Assembly: GCA_050084515.1 (NCBI GenBank) | Contig: CM114271.1 | Coordinates: 40,796,001 to 40,860,000 of the forward strand | Direction of reading: 5' to 3' | DNA: 64,000 nucleotides | DNA from: Blasia pusilla | Lineage: Eukaryota | Part shown: piece by piece, positions 51,779-64,000 of the stretch | How the letters are laid out: the number at the start of each line of letters is the position of its first letter | How positions within the stretch are numbered: the stretch's first letter is position 1 | Made by a program: the position numbers and the translations under genes | The notes under the pieces: model-generated | The model's input: only the letters and a program-made list of their open reading frames with translations | Database searches by the model: none | Told to the model about the DNA's origin: nothing

Positions 51779-53248
51779 ATCTCACACGGCCAAAACTCAA
51801 CCTGAATATTTTGGGTCATGGAGTAGTTTAAGGCTTGAGTGGGCGAGACAAGTTCCATGGGAAGGTGTAGGTCTTGGATTAGTTCAATTGGACCTTAAGG
51901 ACACTTCTCCACCGGATTCCCAACTATGGGAGCCGAATACAATGGACGAACTTGCTCAACTCACACTTGGAGATGCAGTCGGAACTTCAATCATTTGGCC
52001 GGAGCTGAATATGAAGAAGCTAGTTCATTAGGATCTGTGGATTCTATGATTTTCAAGATTTTTAAAAGTTTCACGATGATTCCATCAAATCATTTGTTTG
52101 TAGTTTGGCTTCCATATGCTCTTGGTTCCTACTTGCAGCTTGTTCAGATGTAAACGCTATGATTATGCAATACAATCAATCATCCATATTTTGGTTTCAT
52201 CAATTAGAGAATGGTTTGATTGTGATGTATCTATAGTTTTCAGTATTCATTGTAATTGGCATGTACCCAAGAATCACTTGCTTGATATATGTCCCTCTTC
52301 TAGAGCTTCAGATTGAGATTTTGTCTATCCTCACCATTGTATATGCTGCTTGTATTCACACATTACTCCTTGCTGGATCTGAGAGAATCTCAATTTATGT
52401 TACGAGGATAATGTTACTTAGATGGCCATCACATAGTTACCAAAGTAACTCCTCTGATTTAACAATCACTAGGAGGAGCAATGACAAACTGTGAACACAA
52501 TTCATGATCTAGTAATAAAAAAAAACTGATAAAGTAGGATGAATCACTAATACAATATGTAAAATAACTCAGACCGCCAAAATATTATGTAATGGTAAAA
52601 AAAAGGACTAATCTTGTCAGAATAATAACTCATACAGTAAACACAATGACTCAAATGGTTAGGAAACATGACTCATACACTCATGAATGACTCGAGATAA
52701 ATGACTCAACCATCAATATAATGTCTTAGTTAGTGTAAAATATGACTATACTACATTTAAGGTGACTAAAAGAGTCGTAACTGCGAACCCATCTAGTCAT
52801 AAATAATGACTCATTTAGTCATAGGAAATGACTATGTATACGGTTGGTACGTATGACTCACTCATTTCAACCACCTGTCACTCAATCATTCGTTCATATC
52901 ATTACATATGTCATCATCTAATTGAGCCTAAAATATCCAGCGTTCCCAAATATGACACGTGGCAATACAATAGTTGATGCTTATTTTGCCACGTCATTTC
53001 TTATTGCCATATCATATGCCAACTTGGCACTATGACGTGTCATTCACACGTGCCATCTTAGTCATATATTAATGATTCAGTATCTAATGACTTGAGTCAT
53101 TTACCAATCTAGTAGTGAGAGTCATATCCTATCTATGACTTGGTTTATATGACTCTAATGGTTATGAGTCATCGTGAGTCATTTACCGTGAATAATGACT
53201 CAACCTAGTCATTTATTAGAGTCATATAATACGCAATTTGTTCTAGTG
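51779..53248 (+). mobile_element. 3' end of a CACTA element: TnpA-like C-terminus, subterminal ATGACT/AGTCAT repeats, terminal ...TTCTAGTG
   Basis: TLGDAVGTSIIWP motif (ORF ends 52031). Many direct and inverted ATGACT(C) copies at 52640-53230. Ends TAGTG at 53248. Confidence 0.7.
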
Positions 53249-55329
53249 CTAGTTCTGCCTGTGCACCTTTTGAGACCTTCAAAAAAGGTGACGAGCTCCG
53301 TTTGGATGCATTATCGTCGTACTCTACATTAGGCTTCCACTATCAATAAAGTGTGTATGTCGTCATTCAGGCTTATGGTTAATAATCTGTCCACGTCGCT
53401 ATAATCCAAACTCAATTTGCCTTTGTGGAGAGTTGCAATCGTTTACGGTGTTTATGCTCAACAAAAGTTCTCGTTAATTGCACTTACTATATGAGGCTAA
53501 CCACTTAAATGAATGTGATTGAAATTCTAGTTAGCACGACCACTAAGTGCAGTCGTAGTACAACAGTAAGGTCTGTGCGTATCAGGTATGTGTAGTTGGC
53601 CTTAATTATTTATGCTCATGTGTATGGTACAACCCTCCTTGTGCTTGCATGTCTGCCTTTGTGCTTGTGCGTATGCACTTGTGCTCGCTATTGAGGCTTT
53701 GCAAGTATGTCATGCTTCATGTTGGAGTAATAGTTTAAGCTATGATTGGGAGTCACTTCTTTTTGTTGTATGCAGCAATACTGTAGATATGCATGGAGCA
53801 TTTCCTTTATGTGCAGTATTGTTGTAAGTAAGATTTGGGTGTGCCTCCCATAGATATGAATTTATGAAAAAGACTTAGATGCATGATCCATTAAGGTCCC
53901 TATTCCCATATAGTTCGATGGATTTCAGCCATATTTTTGTGTTTCCCTACTGATAGGAGCGGTAAGCCCTAAATGTGGATATAACCAAACTTGTTGTAGA
54001 GACCAAAACATGCAGATCTTTGTCTTCTTATTTTCATATTGTTTCATTCGTGACTGCATCCTCATGTAGCCAAGTTCACTAGTTTCAACCTATGTTGCAC
54101 ATTATTTATCAATTCTATTGTACCAAAGCACATATCAGTGAGATACATAGACGTGTCCCTGGACCTTCTCTGTTGATGCTGTTAGTTTCTAGTTATTCGT
54201 AAGTTGTTAATAATGCTCACCAATAGTGCCTAGATCCATAGTGTTGGTATAATGCGATGACAATAGGTAGTGTACGTGTGTTTTCACAATTCAACTTTTA
54301 AGCCATTCATTTCGATATGAGGTGAGTTTATTATTTTTCCTTTACGTTCCATATAAGGGGAAGCCACTACCAATCCATGAACTCTATGCAATATCTTTAC
54401 ATACCTATCATGCTGCGATGATCTGTGATGAAGCACTAGTAGCAAATGAGGCAAGAACACTATTATCGGTAGGGAGCGATCACTTAGTACACAATGCAAG
54501 CACTAGGGTGAGTACTGTATTGGTACTCAATAGCAAACATAGTGATAACACCCTCCGCTTCTTATTTCCACCATTGTCGAACATCTACTTATAGTGATCT
54601 ATATACTAACATATGAGTGTAGCTAGTATCCTACGCCGCCTACATGTTCATCAAATATGATGGAATAGGTTTAGAGCGCATGCCGTTTACTAGTGCAATA
54701 AAATTTCATATTCCTTACATTTGAAAAGGTATGTAGGTGGTTGTGCAAAGCCCAACTAGTGTTTCAGAACTTGATGATGTAAACACACAAGGGGCAAACC
54801 TCCTACACTCAGCTTGCGACTAGTAGTCACTTGGTTGATTGGAAAAAAGTAGATTCCACATGACAAATAATCAGAAATTTGTGTTGAACTACCAACTCCT
54901 CTACAACCCATTTTTTGCGCCCCTTACTTAAACTTGCTATAAGGCACAGGTGTGAATCAACACTTATGATGCCTAAAGTGTCGCTAATGGAGCAAAATTA
55001 GCCGAGTTCAAATCATACTACACACCATGGTAAAGAACTGGACCACACTGACTTCCTTACATCGACCCTTATTCATTCCTTGCAACAATAGTTTGCACAA
55101 CCATATATTTGAGCGCCAAACATGGCTAGAACACAAAGGACAGTGAGACCCAGATGTTGACTTCTTCTTAAACAGAGTGCGGCTAAATCAGTGTAGGGGC
55201 CATGCGAGAACCCGAGTAAACACCTTAAGTAAGTTTCCGACACTATGTGTTTGTGTAGTATGGCCTGGGATAGAGCTCTTACTCAAGGGTTGGCAAACCT
55301 AATGCTCTTCATTTATTAGAGATATGAAG

Positions 55330-58300
55330 TGTTGTGGGTACTTATGCTTGTGGGGGGGGTATTTTATAGCACCAGTCACTTGAGAATATATATTAAAAAA
55401 TCAGGGATATATCCTCAATATGCCTTATGTAATGGTTACATAACCGAATATATTGTACCGTCTATCGAGAAATTTTACGTATGCAATCAGTGCATAGGAA
55501 ACAACCCAAAAATTGCACACAATGTGTACATGACGCCAACATATATTTGAGATTGTTGGGTGTTAACCCTTTATACATGCAATTTTTATCTCTTGTAGAC
55601 TTGAGCCTCGGGATTGAAACCAAATACAATGGCTTTCATGGGTTTTTTCAGGTTGAGCCCTTGCTGGATTGTCCGTTTATTGCTTGGGGACTTGCGGACT
55701 CAACCGTGACAAATTAAGTCTTCTTGTACTGCAAGGTCAGGAATGTTCTATTAGTGAACTTACAAATCAATGAACTATATTCGTAGTATGTCCTGCTTAT
55801 TGAGCTACCTGATCCAACATGTAGGTTTGTGGTTCTACCATCTTCATCTGTTGAAACTATTTTGAAGGCATCCCAAGAGAAGGGGAAGATGACACATAGT
55901 ATGCGTTTGGACCCTTATAGTGTTGAGCTCAATGTGTTGCAAGACGTACAGTACTCACTACCCGTAAAGAGAAGACATGCATATGACATATTTCATAGTG
56001 GCAGCGTGTTTCTTAGAGAGCATACACACGTTCGCGAGCAATTTCTTAGTGACAAAGACGGTATATCGCCAAACTCAAAGTTAACTATTGAGACTGGAAT
56101 ATTTTTATTCTTGTTTCCCTACCTTAAGGGATATTCCATTGGTCGATACCCCTTTTTTTATAACCTTTGGAGCCGAGTGAGAAAAATATTAAGTATGTTT
56201 ACACTTTACAAGACATACTTGCTTCTTATGCATTAGTTTTGAGAGTCTATTACGCTAGCTAGCTTCACGAACTCGCTCATGCATCTTAAATAGATAACTA
56301 GATCAGCTAAAAGTGAAGTATCCAGAACTTACCGAACAAGAATTGTATTCCTATTTATCTAGAATATTGTGAGTGTACAGATCCCAAGAACCCCTAGCTG
56401 GCATCGCTGCCATCTTAGGGACCTTAAAGCCATGGTCTAGGCCCCATTTCTTCTTGACCCTTACATTTGATGAAGTATCTTATACAAGGAGGTCTGAAAT
56501 ATCCAATATTGAGGCACTAGTGAAGAAGATGAACCCATCTATTACATGGCACGATGCACTTGTTGAGTGTGTTGTATTTTTCATACTAGACTGAAAGCTT
56601 TCTTTTATTACTATATCCTAGGCGGACGGTGCATACTAGGAAGTATGCAGAATAACCTCGTTAGATGTGAGTTGCAAGGTCGGGGTAGCTTGCACTTGCA
56701 CATTATACTATGGGTAAACAAGCACGACATTGATCGGGTCACAAGCAAAATATGTTGCTATATTTCCTTAGTGGAATAGTGTAGTCCCGAGCAAACAGCC
56801 TATTCTAGCATGACTGCCATGCTGCAAAAATACGTAACTTCAAAACAATTACATATATGTAGGCCAGATGGCTGTATCACCAAAGCAACCAGAGATCACC
56901 CACCATATTTCTACATAGGTTTCCCCGCTCCTACCAACATGCAAGTAGAACGTGCCATAGATCCAAAGACTGTGAAATTGAACTATTACATACCTAGTGA
57001 ATGTCACATGAACGTTATACCACATCACCATGCTATCTTGCTCTTGTGGGGTGCCCATATGAATTTACAATGTGTTATGAATGTGCAATGGTCTTTTTAT
57101 CTATTGAAATATGCCTTGAAATGTGGACCCCAAGGTGCCCTCAATATCACAATGGAATGTGATAAGAACCTTGGGCTTGAGGGCTTGGACCATACAAGAT
57201 TTGCGGCTAATATCTGGACTAGTGCTCAATAGGTTGGTTTCTTCCAATGATCCCAATTATCACAAGGGTGTTCAATATATTGATTTCAGCCCACCGTATC
57301 AACGAACTACATTTATATATTATACAAAAATGCAATAATTGTATGCATACATCCCACCACACTCGATTGCCATTGCCTAGAATGTTTTTCTAATTTGACA
57401 TTTGTACAGTTCTGGACTCACCATGAGGTTTCTAAGCTTACCACAAGAACCACCAACAACTTTTTTGGCCTTGATTTAATAGGAAATTATGTTTATACAA
57501 CATCGAGGCTTGTTTGATTTATTGAATATCATCCCTTATACCAGTGGAACGAGTTCTTTAATACATTACTACTAAGAAAAATGTGCTTCAGATGTGAGTC
57601 ACAAGTGTTGTCTATCTCATCGACACCTGGACCTATCTACACGAGTGCATCCATAGAAAAATATTCAAAAGTGCATTGTGTATTGTAAATGAAATCGAAC
57701 ATCATACCACCGTCAGCCTCTAGAGCCAAGTCCATGCTAGTGAAATCATTGCATCCCACCTCTATTTTGACTTACATGTTGATTCATTTCCGGACCATGT
57801 TGATCAACCTTTTGTCTTACCCACTCCTATCCGACGAGAAAGTCAAGCAGATTCCCAACCAACCTTGCCATACACTCATTAAATCTATAACAAACAGATC
57901 TGTATCACAAGATGAAAGCCATGACAAGTGGACTCTTCATGCTAACTGGCCCACCGGGTTGTGGAAAGACCTTTTTTTATTAACTTAATGCCAAAATTCT
58001 TGTCGTTCAATTGCATTCCTACACTCTTGGTTGCAACTACAGGAATCGCGGATGTACGCTAGCATCCCACTGCCACAACTGTGCACTCAACATTTGGTAT
58101 TCTGGTAAAGGGAGATCTTCCTTGCAACAAACAACTTCAAATCAGTATATGAATCTACGAGACTCCAAGGTCATCATTCTAGACGAATGCTCTATGCTTA
58201 GACCTTGCCTACTACAAATAATTGCTTTAAGGTTATTCCGGGTCGCCTTGTCGTCGAACATGGACCCTTTCTAAAAAAGAATTGTCATTTTATTAGGTGA

Positions 58301-59075
58301 TCTCTGCCACCTACCTCCTATATGTCGCCACAGCAGTCGCCCTTTTCTCTTTTTTTCCCTTCTTCCACATATCTTCTTCACCATTTTACAACAGTATGAA
58401 AAAATTACAGCCTGCATGCACCAATGAGGCACGTTAGTGACCTTGAATTCCTTACATTTATGTCACACATAAAAAGAGAAAGTCCTACCCAGGACCACAT
58501 AGAAAATTACCTTGGTAGTTGCATTGTAGATGAGGATGTTGCTATAGATTATATAGATTATTGTACTCGAATAATTTGTACACACTATGTCGATGTGCAA
58601 GTGTTCAATCGTGTTGCCCTTTGCATACTATTTGGTATAGTTGAAATCTTTCCAGTGCATTTAACAACAGATGCTCTTGGTGACATGTATTTCAGTGATT
58701 GGATATCAAAAAATCAGTTTTGTGAGCTTCAATTTCTAGGAATAGGGTGTAGTGTCTTGCTTACATCAAACATCGACATGAAAAACCAGACAGCAAACGA
58801 TGCATTGGGCACGGTTGTAGATTGCATTTATAAACAAAAAGACCTAGTTGGTATCTTAGTTAGCCAAGTTATCAAGGTAACAAGAACGAACTTTGCTACG
58901 TTGAGGCATGGGCCTAACTGGAAATATCATAAGCGCACTTTCCCACTTATGTTGGGCTATGCTATGACTGGCCATAAGAGTCAGGGTCTGACAGTAAAAG
59001 GCAAGTGTTTGCTTAACATCAAGTCTGCCTTTGCCATAGGACTTGTGTTTATCATGTTGTCTCGTGTGTAGAGTA
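55330..59075 (+). pseudogene. Helitron RepHel (HUH Rep + PIF1-like SF1 helicase), heavily disrupted
   Basis: Rep motifs PHFFLTLTFDE, RCELQGRGSLHLHIILW, YLLKYALK. Helicase motifs LTGPPGCGKT (~57945), VIILDECSML, LLGDLCHLPPI, FPLMLGYAMTGHKSQGLT, IMLSRV. Confidence 0.9.
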
Positions 59076-62000
59076 GATCTCAATTACAAATTCTTGGTTG
59101 TCTAGTACTTGTAGATTTCCATGTGTTTGGCCAGCGACCGTAACATATTCAATCAAGTGCACCCAAGAGGATGGCCAAAAATGATGGAATGTTGAGAAGC
59201 CGGGCGAGAAGTTCAGGTGTGCCAAAAACACCGCCATATGTACCAGATTTCAATCTACCCACAACTGGTACACCTCAAGAAAACCCCATTATGCTTAGCG
59301 ACAACACCTAAGACGACCACCACAAAGCAGACACACTACCACACACTCCACAAAATCAAATCGATCACCATGCAGACCATACAACTCAGGTTAGTAAATA
59401 CTTTCTCTTTTAAACTCTGATGTCATGTATACACATTATGGTGCATTAACAACCACATCTTGAGGTACCAAAGTCCTTCTTGGACTTTGTCAAGATAATC
59501 TTGGAAGACATGCCTATCCTCCCGCACTAACCAAATATCAGTGTTGTTCCACCCACAGATGCCTAGCTAAAGATACACTAATAGTCTAGGCTTGGACCAA
59601 TCCCACTAGTACGACGGCACTACAAGTCGGCAGTTAAGCCAAACAATATACCAACAAAAGGCATGGGCAGCTTCATTCCGAGAATTAAAGAAGTAGCCAC
59701 CTGTAACAGGTATTTCAGGAACATACAACCCTATGCTTTATTCACCGATGTTTAATTTTTTCAGCTTGTCAAGCTTACTGATGTACTTAAATCTATAATC
59801 GCTTCATCAATGGCAGGGATCCAAAAGGAGGTTATGAGCTTTAAGGGGATCGAATTCAACGAACTTGAGCTGACTCGACAACATGAAACAGTCCATTTTG
59901 GAAGATTGACAGTTGGCATAAAGCCTGATCAATTTCAAGAGTTATTTTTAATCATGAAGCTGCCACTCCTAATGCTGATCGGACTCTAAGATCCAAAAGT
60001 TGCAGACCTTCTTGAGTGCATGAAGACAACTCGTGAAGCTAGTGCAATTGTAGACCTCCCTACAAAGAAGCAGGATGTAAATGACCTTCACGCAAGCTCA
60101 TCTTCACAGTACGTCAAAAATTCTATGTCTCTACACCGCTCTACTACGACCTCTCATTTCTATAACAATGGGAGTTTGTATCAGAACCCCAACATGCCTC
60201 AATCACCCAGAAAAAGGAAGTGTGTGTAGCACTCACCAAACTAATTCTCCTCTCTAAAATTATCTCTCAGATGTTGATTATGCCACTGCAAACAACGACA
60301 TTCCCTCCCTACCCACGGAAGTTCACTTGCAATATGCTTTACTATTCGAGTAGCCATAACAACGTCTTCTCCGTTTTGGTTTTTATCCTAAGATACTGCA
60401 ATTACAGATCTCCACTTTTTGCGTAGTATACCAACCTCAACGAGTCAACAAGCTCATTTAAAATGGGTTTTTTTTAAATTTCTGCCACAAGTGCTGTAAT
60501 GTTGCAATATCAATTGTATGTAGGTGCCCACACACATTCTTTGTCTTCCATTTTTTACCATCCGAATCATTAAAGCATGGCTTATTACCGGCTGCTACAT
60601 TTCTCTTCAGAGCCTGTTTGTGTTAATAAAGGAGTCACATCTTCTCTAAGTTAACTGCCATCTTTATGTGAAATGTCTTTAAGTTTTCTCATTCCGTGTT
60701 TCACAATATTTCTGCATGTTTCTATCCACAAAGATGATGTGCAACTCTTTGTTTCAGTTCAGAAGTTTTCCATGGACCTTAATTTCTCTTAGAAGAGCCA
60801 TGTGAACACCTTTTACGGTGATTTCATCACTCGAAACTTTTGTTTCCATTTTTCAGGAGCACAATAAGGCAAGAAATTGAAGTACAAGTTCGTATCACAC
60901 ACCACCGTCAAATAATTTTGTAAAGTCCAGAAGTCGAAGAAGGCGTTCTTCCTATAGCAAGGAGATTACATTGCCAAGTATGGGTGATGAAATCTACCAA
61001 ACTGGCGTTGTTCCCATTAGCCTATTTGACAGCAATGATAAACATAGGCGTTGTCCAGGACAAGCTAGATGAGAGTGAACGTCACATCGAAATCCTTTGC
61101 ATTGTAATGAAATCACTGGCTGGAGACGACAACTATAACACTGAAAAAATCGTGAAGCTGCAACGCCAAGTTAAGGCAATACTTGATAAGTCAGTAGGTG
61201 TGTTGCAACATTGCAAAGAAAAATATGGCAATGACTCTAAAATTCTTGGCATGATTATGGAGTTGTAGAGTGTATGCAAAGACAAGTGATTTTGAATTAA
61301 GTTCATAGACATATATGTTGGAGTTCTTGGTCTGTCTTGCTATTTTTCTACCAATCCTCATGTATGTCTGTTATTTTTATAACTCAAATGTATTATGTAC
61401 CCATACTTGCATTCATACGACATGTGTACTCAGTTTTGATCAACCACTTTGATAATATATCATCCCGTTACTATGTCTATCAAATTGCCACCTATGACAA
61501 TACACTATGGGTTAAGCCGTGCATTTTACTTTCCTCATTTTAGTTCACTTTGCCTCTGAACAGTGTATGTTACTTCTATATGTTTTTGTGTATAGCATCA
61601 TTGGTTCATACTACTAATATTTCCATGCACTTCTAGTACTTATTATGTCCACCTGGCCAGCAGTTACTGCATCTGTTATAGATGCACTGAATTTTTGTTG
61701 CATGACATGGTTTTAACTTACTTCCTGGTTCCCTACACTCCCGTGAAATCCTGTTCATTTTTGTCACTACTGCAAGTTCTCTAGTAACTACGCTACTGTA
61801 TCATTGCGTAATTGTGTTTAGTGATGTTAAGGCCGTCCTTCATAGCCTACAATGCTCTTTACTCGCATTCAGCTTTCCACTTTTACTATGCAATTTTACT
61901 TATCGACACTCCACCAACACAATATTTCCCCAATTGCTTTGTTCATCATGGCTGGCTACCATATTTATAGTTGACATATAATTTCAACGACGCTACGTCA

Positions 62001-62231
62001 ACAACATCCCGTCAGATAACCATTCGCCCAAAATCATATTCACAAGTAACTGAAAATCACCAACGCAAAATCAATATATTTGGTTGACATTCCTCTCATT
62101 CGTTCAGCACTCATGCAATACATAACAACTTATGGCACCTCTACAGCGTTTCCAAATTTAACTACAGCTCGTCACTAGCACCTCTTTATCGGCTTAAACA
62201 TTAAGTTGTCGTTATCCTAAACTATCTATTA

Positions 62232-63243
62232 TGTCGCGACCCTCATAACCAAACAAGCACCAAATAGGCGCCAAGCGGAACATTGGAACTCTAGTGGACT
62301 CACGCTACGATGATCGCGGTTTGGAGAGGCTTTTGGAAAGATCTCTTGGAACAGTCCAAGAGACAAAACACAGAATAGAGTTTTGTGTTTCATGGGCGAC
62401 CACAAACTTGGACCAAAAGCAAACCAAGACTTGAGATAAGTTGGAAGGTTGGTTGTCAAAGAGATGAGAACCAATTTTGGAACATGACTAGCGTTTGGGG
62501 ATTTTGACTGTGTTTCGGACCATAACGTTTAGCCCCAAGATGCATTCGAGACAAAGAAGGGCGCTTTGGAAAGCTTATCCCCAAGATTCTTCCAACGCAC
62601 CAAAGATCTCAAAAAATACATTAGTATAGGATGAGATATTGGCCAAAAACGATTGTGACAACAATCGGGTTGAGGGCCAATCTGAGGGGCCCGAATGTCT
62701 TTCGCTAAAGTTAGGGGGAAGGCGGGGATCCTCAGAAGTACTAGCAAGGGGGAGTCTCTCCAAGGAGTCTTAAAACACAATCCCCCACTTTGAGCACCAA
62801 ACGGCGTCTCAAGGGCACGGGATGGAACGAGAGTTTGACGTTGGAACTCCAAACCCAAACCTGATCCAAGGGAGTGGACTTTGTAAGCCACACTTGGATT
62901 CCAACCCACGATTCATTTTCGTGACTTGCGGCTAGGGACTCATTGGATGTCCATTGGAGAGTTGGAACCGCCAGGCATTGAAAGGTCGTTTGAGGTTCCT
63001 GAACCGACTAGAAAGTTTGTCCCAAGTCTGCAAAGACTTGCCTATGTTGTAAACCGCAAAATTAGGAAGGTTGAGCTTGATGAGAGGCCGAGTCGAGAAC
63101 TCGACAAGTTAGAACCGCTGATTGATCCATACCCTAAACGTGAGTGCGTGTTTGGATGCAGATCAACGTTGAGAGCGTGTCTTACCGAACACACGTTTCT
63201 GCAACAAACAAGATTAACGTCCAAGGAGAGTAGGCGCACGACA
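62232..63243 (+). mobile_element. Solo LTR (1012 bp) of the chromovirus family, with 5-bp TSD TATTA
   Basis: TGTCGCGACC...GCGCACGACA, with TATTA at 62227-62231 and 63244-63248. Homologous to 29643-30672. Confidence 0.93.
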
Positions 63244-63285
63244 TATTAACTATCCTCATCATGGTAACTAATTTATACACCTCTA

Positions 63286-63526
63286 TCTATATTACTATTG
63301 GAGAGTGACTTCTTGATTTGCAAACACCTCTCTGTTTGACATGTGGCAAATGGGCAACAAGAAAATATTTCACACGCTAGAGGTAGCAGATTTTTTTTTG
63401 AATTTGTGTGTAACATCATTAGTCCTTTCACTCCCGTTCCCTCCTTTCACGGGCCGGACAAAGGACTCCTCAACGAGCTCCTCAAATATTTTTTTTTCCC
63501 CGTGCATCTCACGGGCACCTTGCTAG
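63286..63526 (+). mobile_element. Non-autonomous mini-Helitron (~240 bp)
   Basis: A|TCTATATTAC 5' end, hairpin CCCGTGCATCTCACGGG (63499-63515), CTAG|T end. Homologous to 8247-8416. Confidence 0.82.
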
Positions 63527-64000
63527 TATTGCCTAAGGACTTGCTCCAGTTGGTTTTATGAGCGATGGTGCTAACTATGGGCCGCATTCTTGTTTTTCTA
63601 AGTTATTTTTCTCTAGTCGTTTGTTTTTCCCGTGTTTCTTCTCGTTCCGGCTCAGCCGAAGCATTAGGGCCACTCACTTCCGGAGTTGGGAGGCCCTCGG
63701 GAGTCGTGGTAACGGCAAATGCCCGTTTGAAGAAACGAGTACCTACACACCACTCCCATTTCTATAAACGGAATTTTTTAGAAACGTTCTAAAAAGATTT
63801 TTCTCCTCTTTCGGACGATATACATTTTTAAAATTTTTGTCCTTAAAATATTATTATTATTATTCAATAAAATCCACTCGTGTGAACTAAACGGAAATTT
63901 CCTTGTATTTGTCCCCGTTGGAAGGAAATGAGTGGCCCTATTACTCTCTTCCCTCCGAACCCTCTTCCCCGTCTTCTCTCCGGAGTCCCTCAAACCTACT

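Noticed and set aside
27151-53248. TnpD fragment and TnpA/3' end as one CACTA element interrupted by nested insertions
   Set aside because: They lie on opposite strands; no matching 5' CACTA end or TSD was found.
29643-63243. The two homologous LTRs as ends of one 33-kb retroelement
   Set aside because: They are in opposite orientation and the right one has its own TSD.
63499-63526. 3' end of the RepHel-coding Helitron
   Set aside because: Better explained as the end of the 241-bp mini-Helitron that has its own TC start at 63286 and a homologue at 8247.

Overview
Eukaryotic DNA, most likely from a bryophyte-grade land plant (inferred from spliceosomal introns and the transposon families present). 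The left edge holds the 5' part of a minus-strand host gene for a very acidic protein built from ~24-aa repeats (ATG 3208, 72-nt coding exon, then a >2.8-kb exon running off the window). The rest is a nest of mostly decayed transposons: short Helitrons, a CRE-type non-LTR 3' fragment, CACTA pieces, a chromovirus with 3' LTR and PPT, a solo LTR with a TATTA TSD, and a Helitron RepHel pseudogene. Two cargoes stand out. (1) A Ty3/gypsy pol fragment (25024-27150) has a DNMT3-like C5-cytosine methyltransferase half-domain in the same reading frame as RT and RNase H. (2) A 17.2-kb inverted-repeat structure (34576-51778) has a central Mutator-like transposase (GCM-like Zn domain, DDE, SWIM) transcribed divergently from a spliced gene that fuses a ParB/Srx-like domain to a beta-class N6A/N4C amino-methyltransferase-like domain. 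A second inverted copy of that gene lies in the left arm. The introns and the divergent promoter are filled with a 27-bp palindrome, GCAACCCGTCGGAnTCCGACGGGTTGC, spaced ~64-67 bp apart. All domain calls come from manual motif reading, not database searches.
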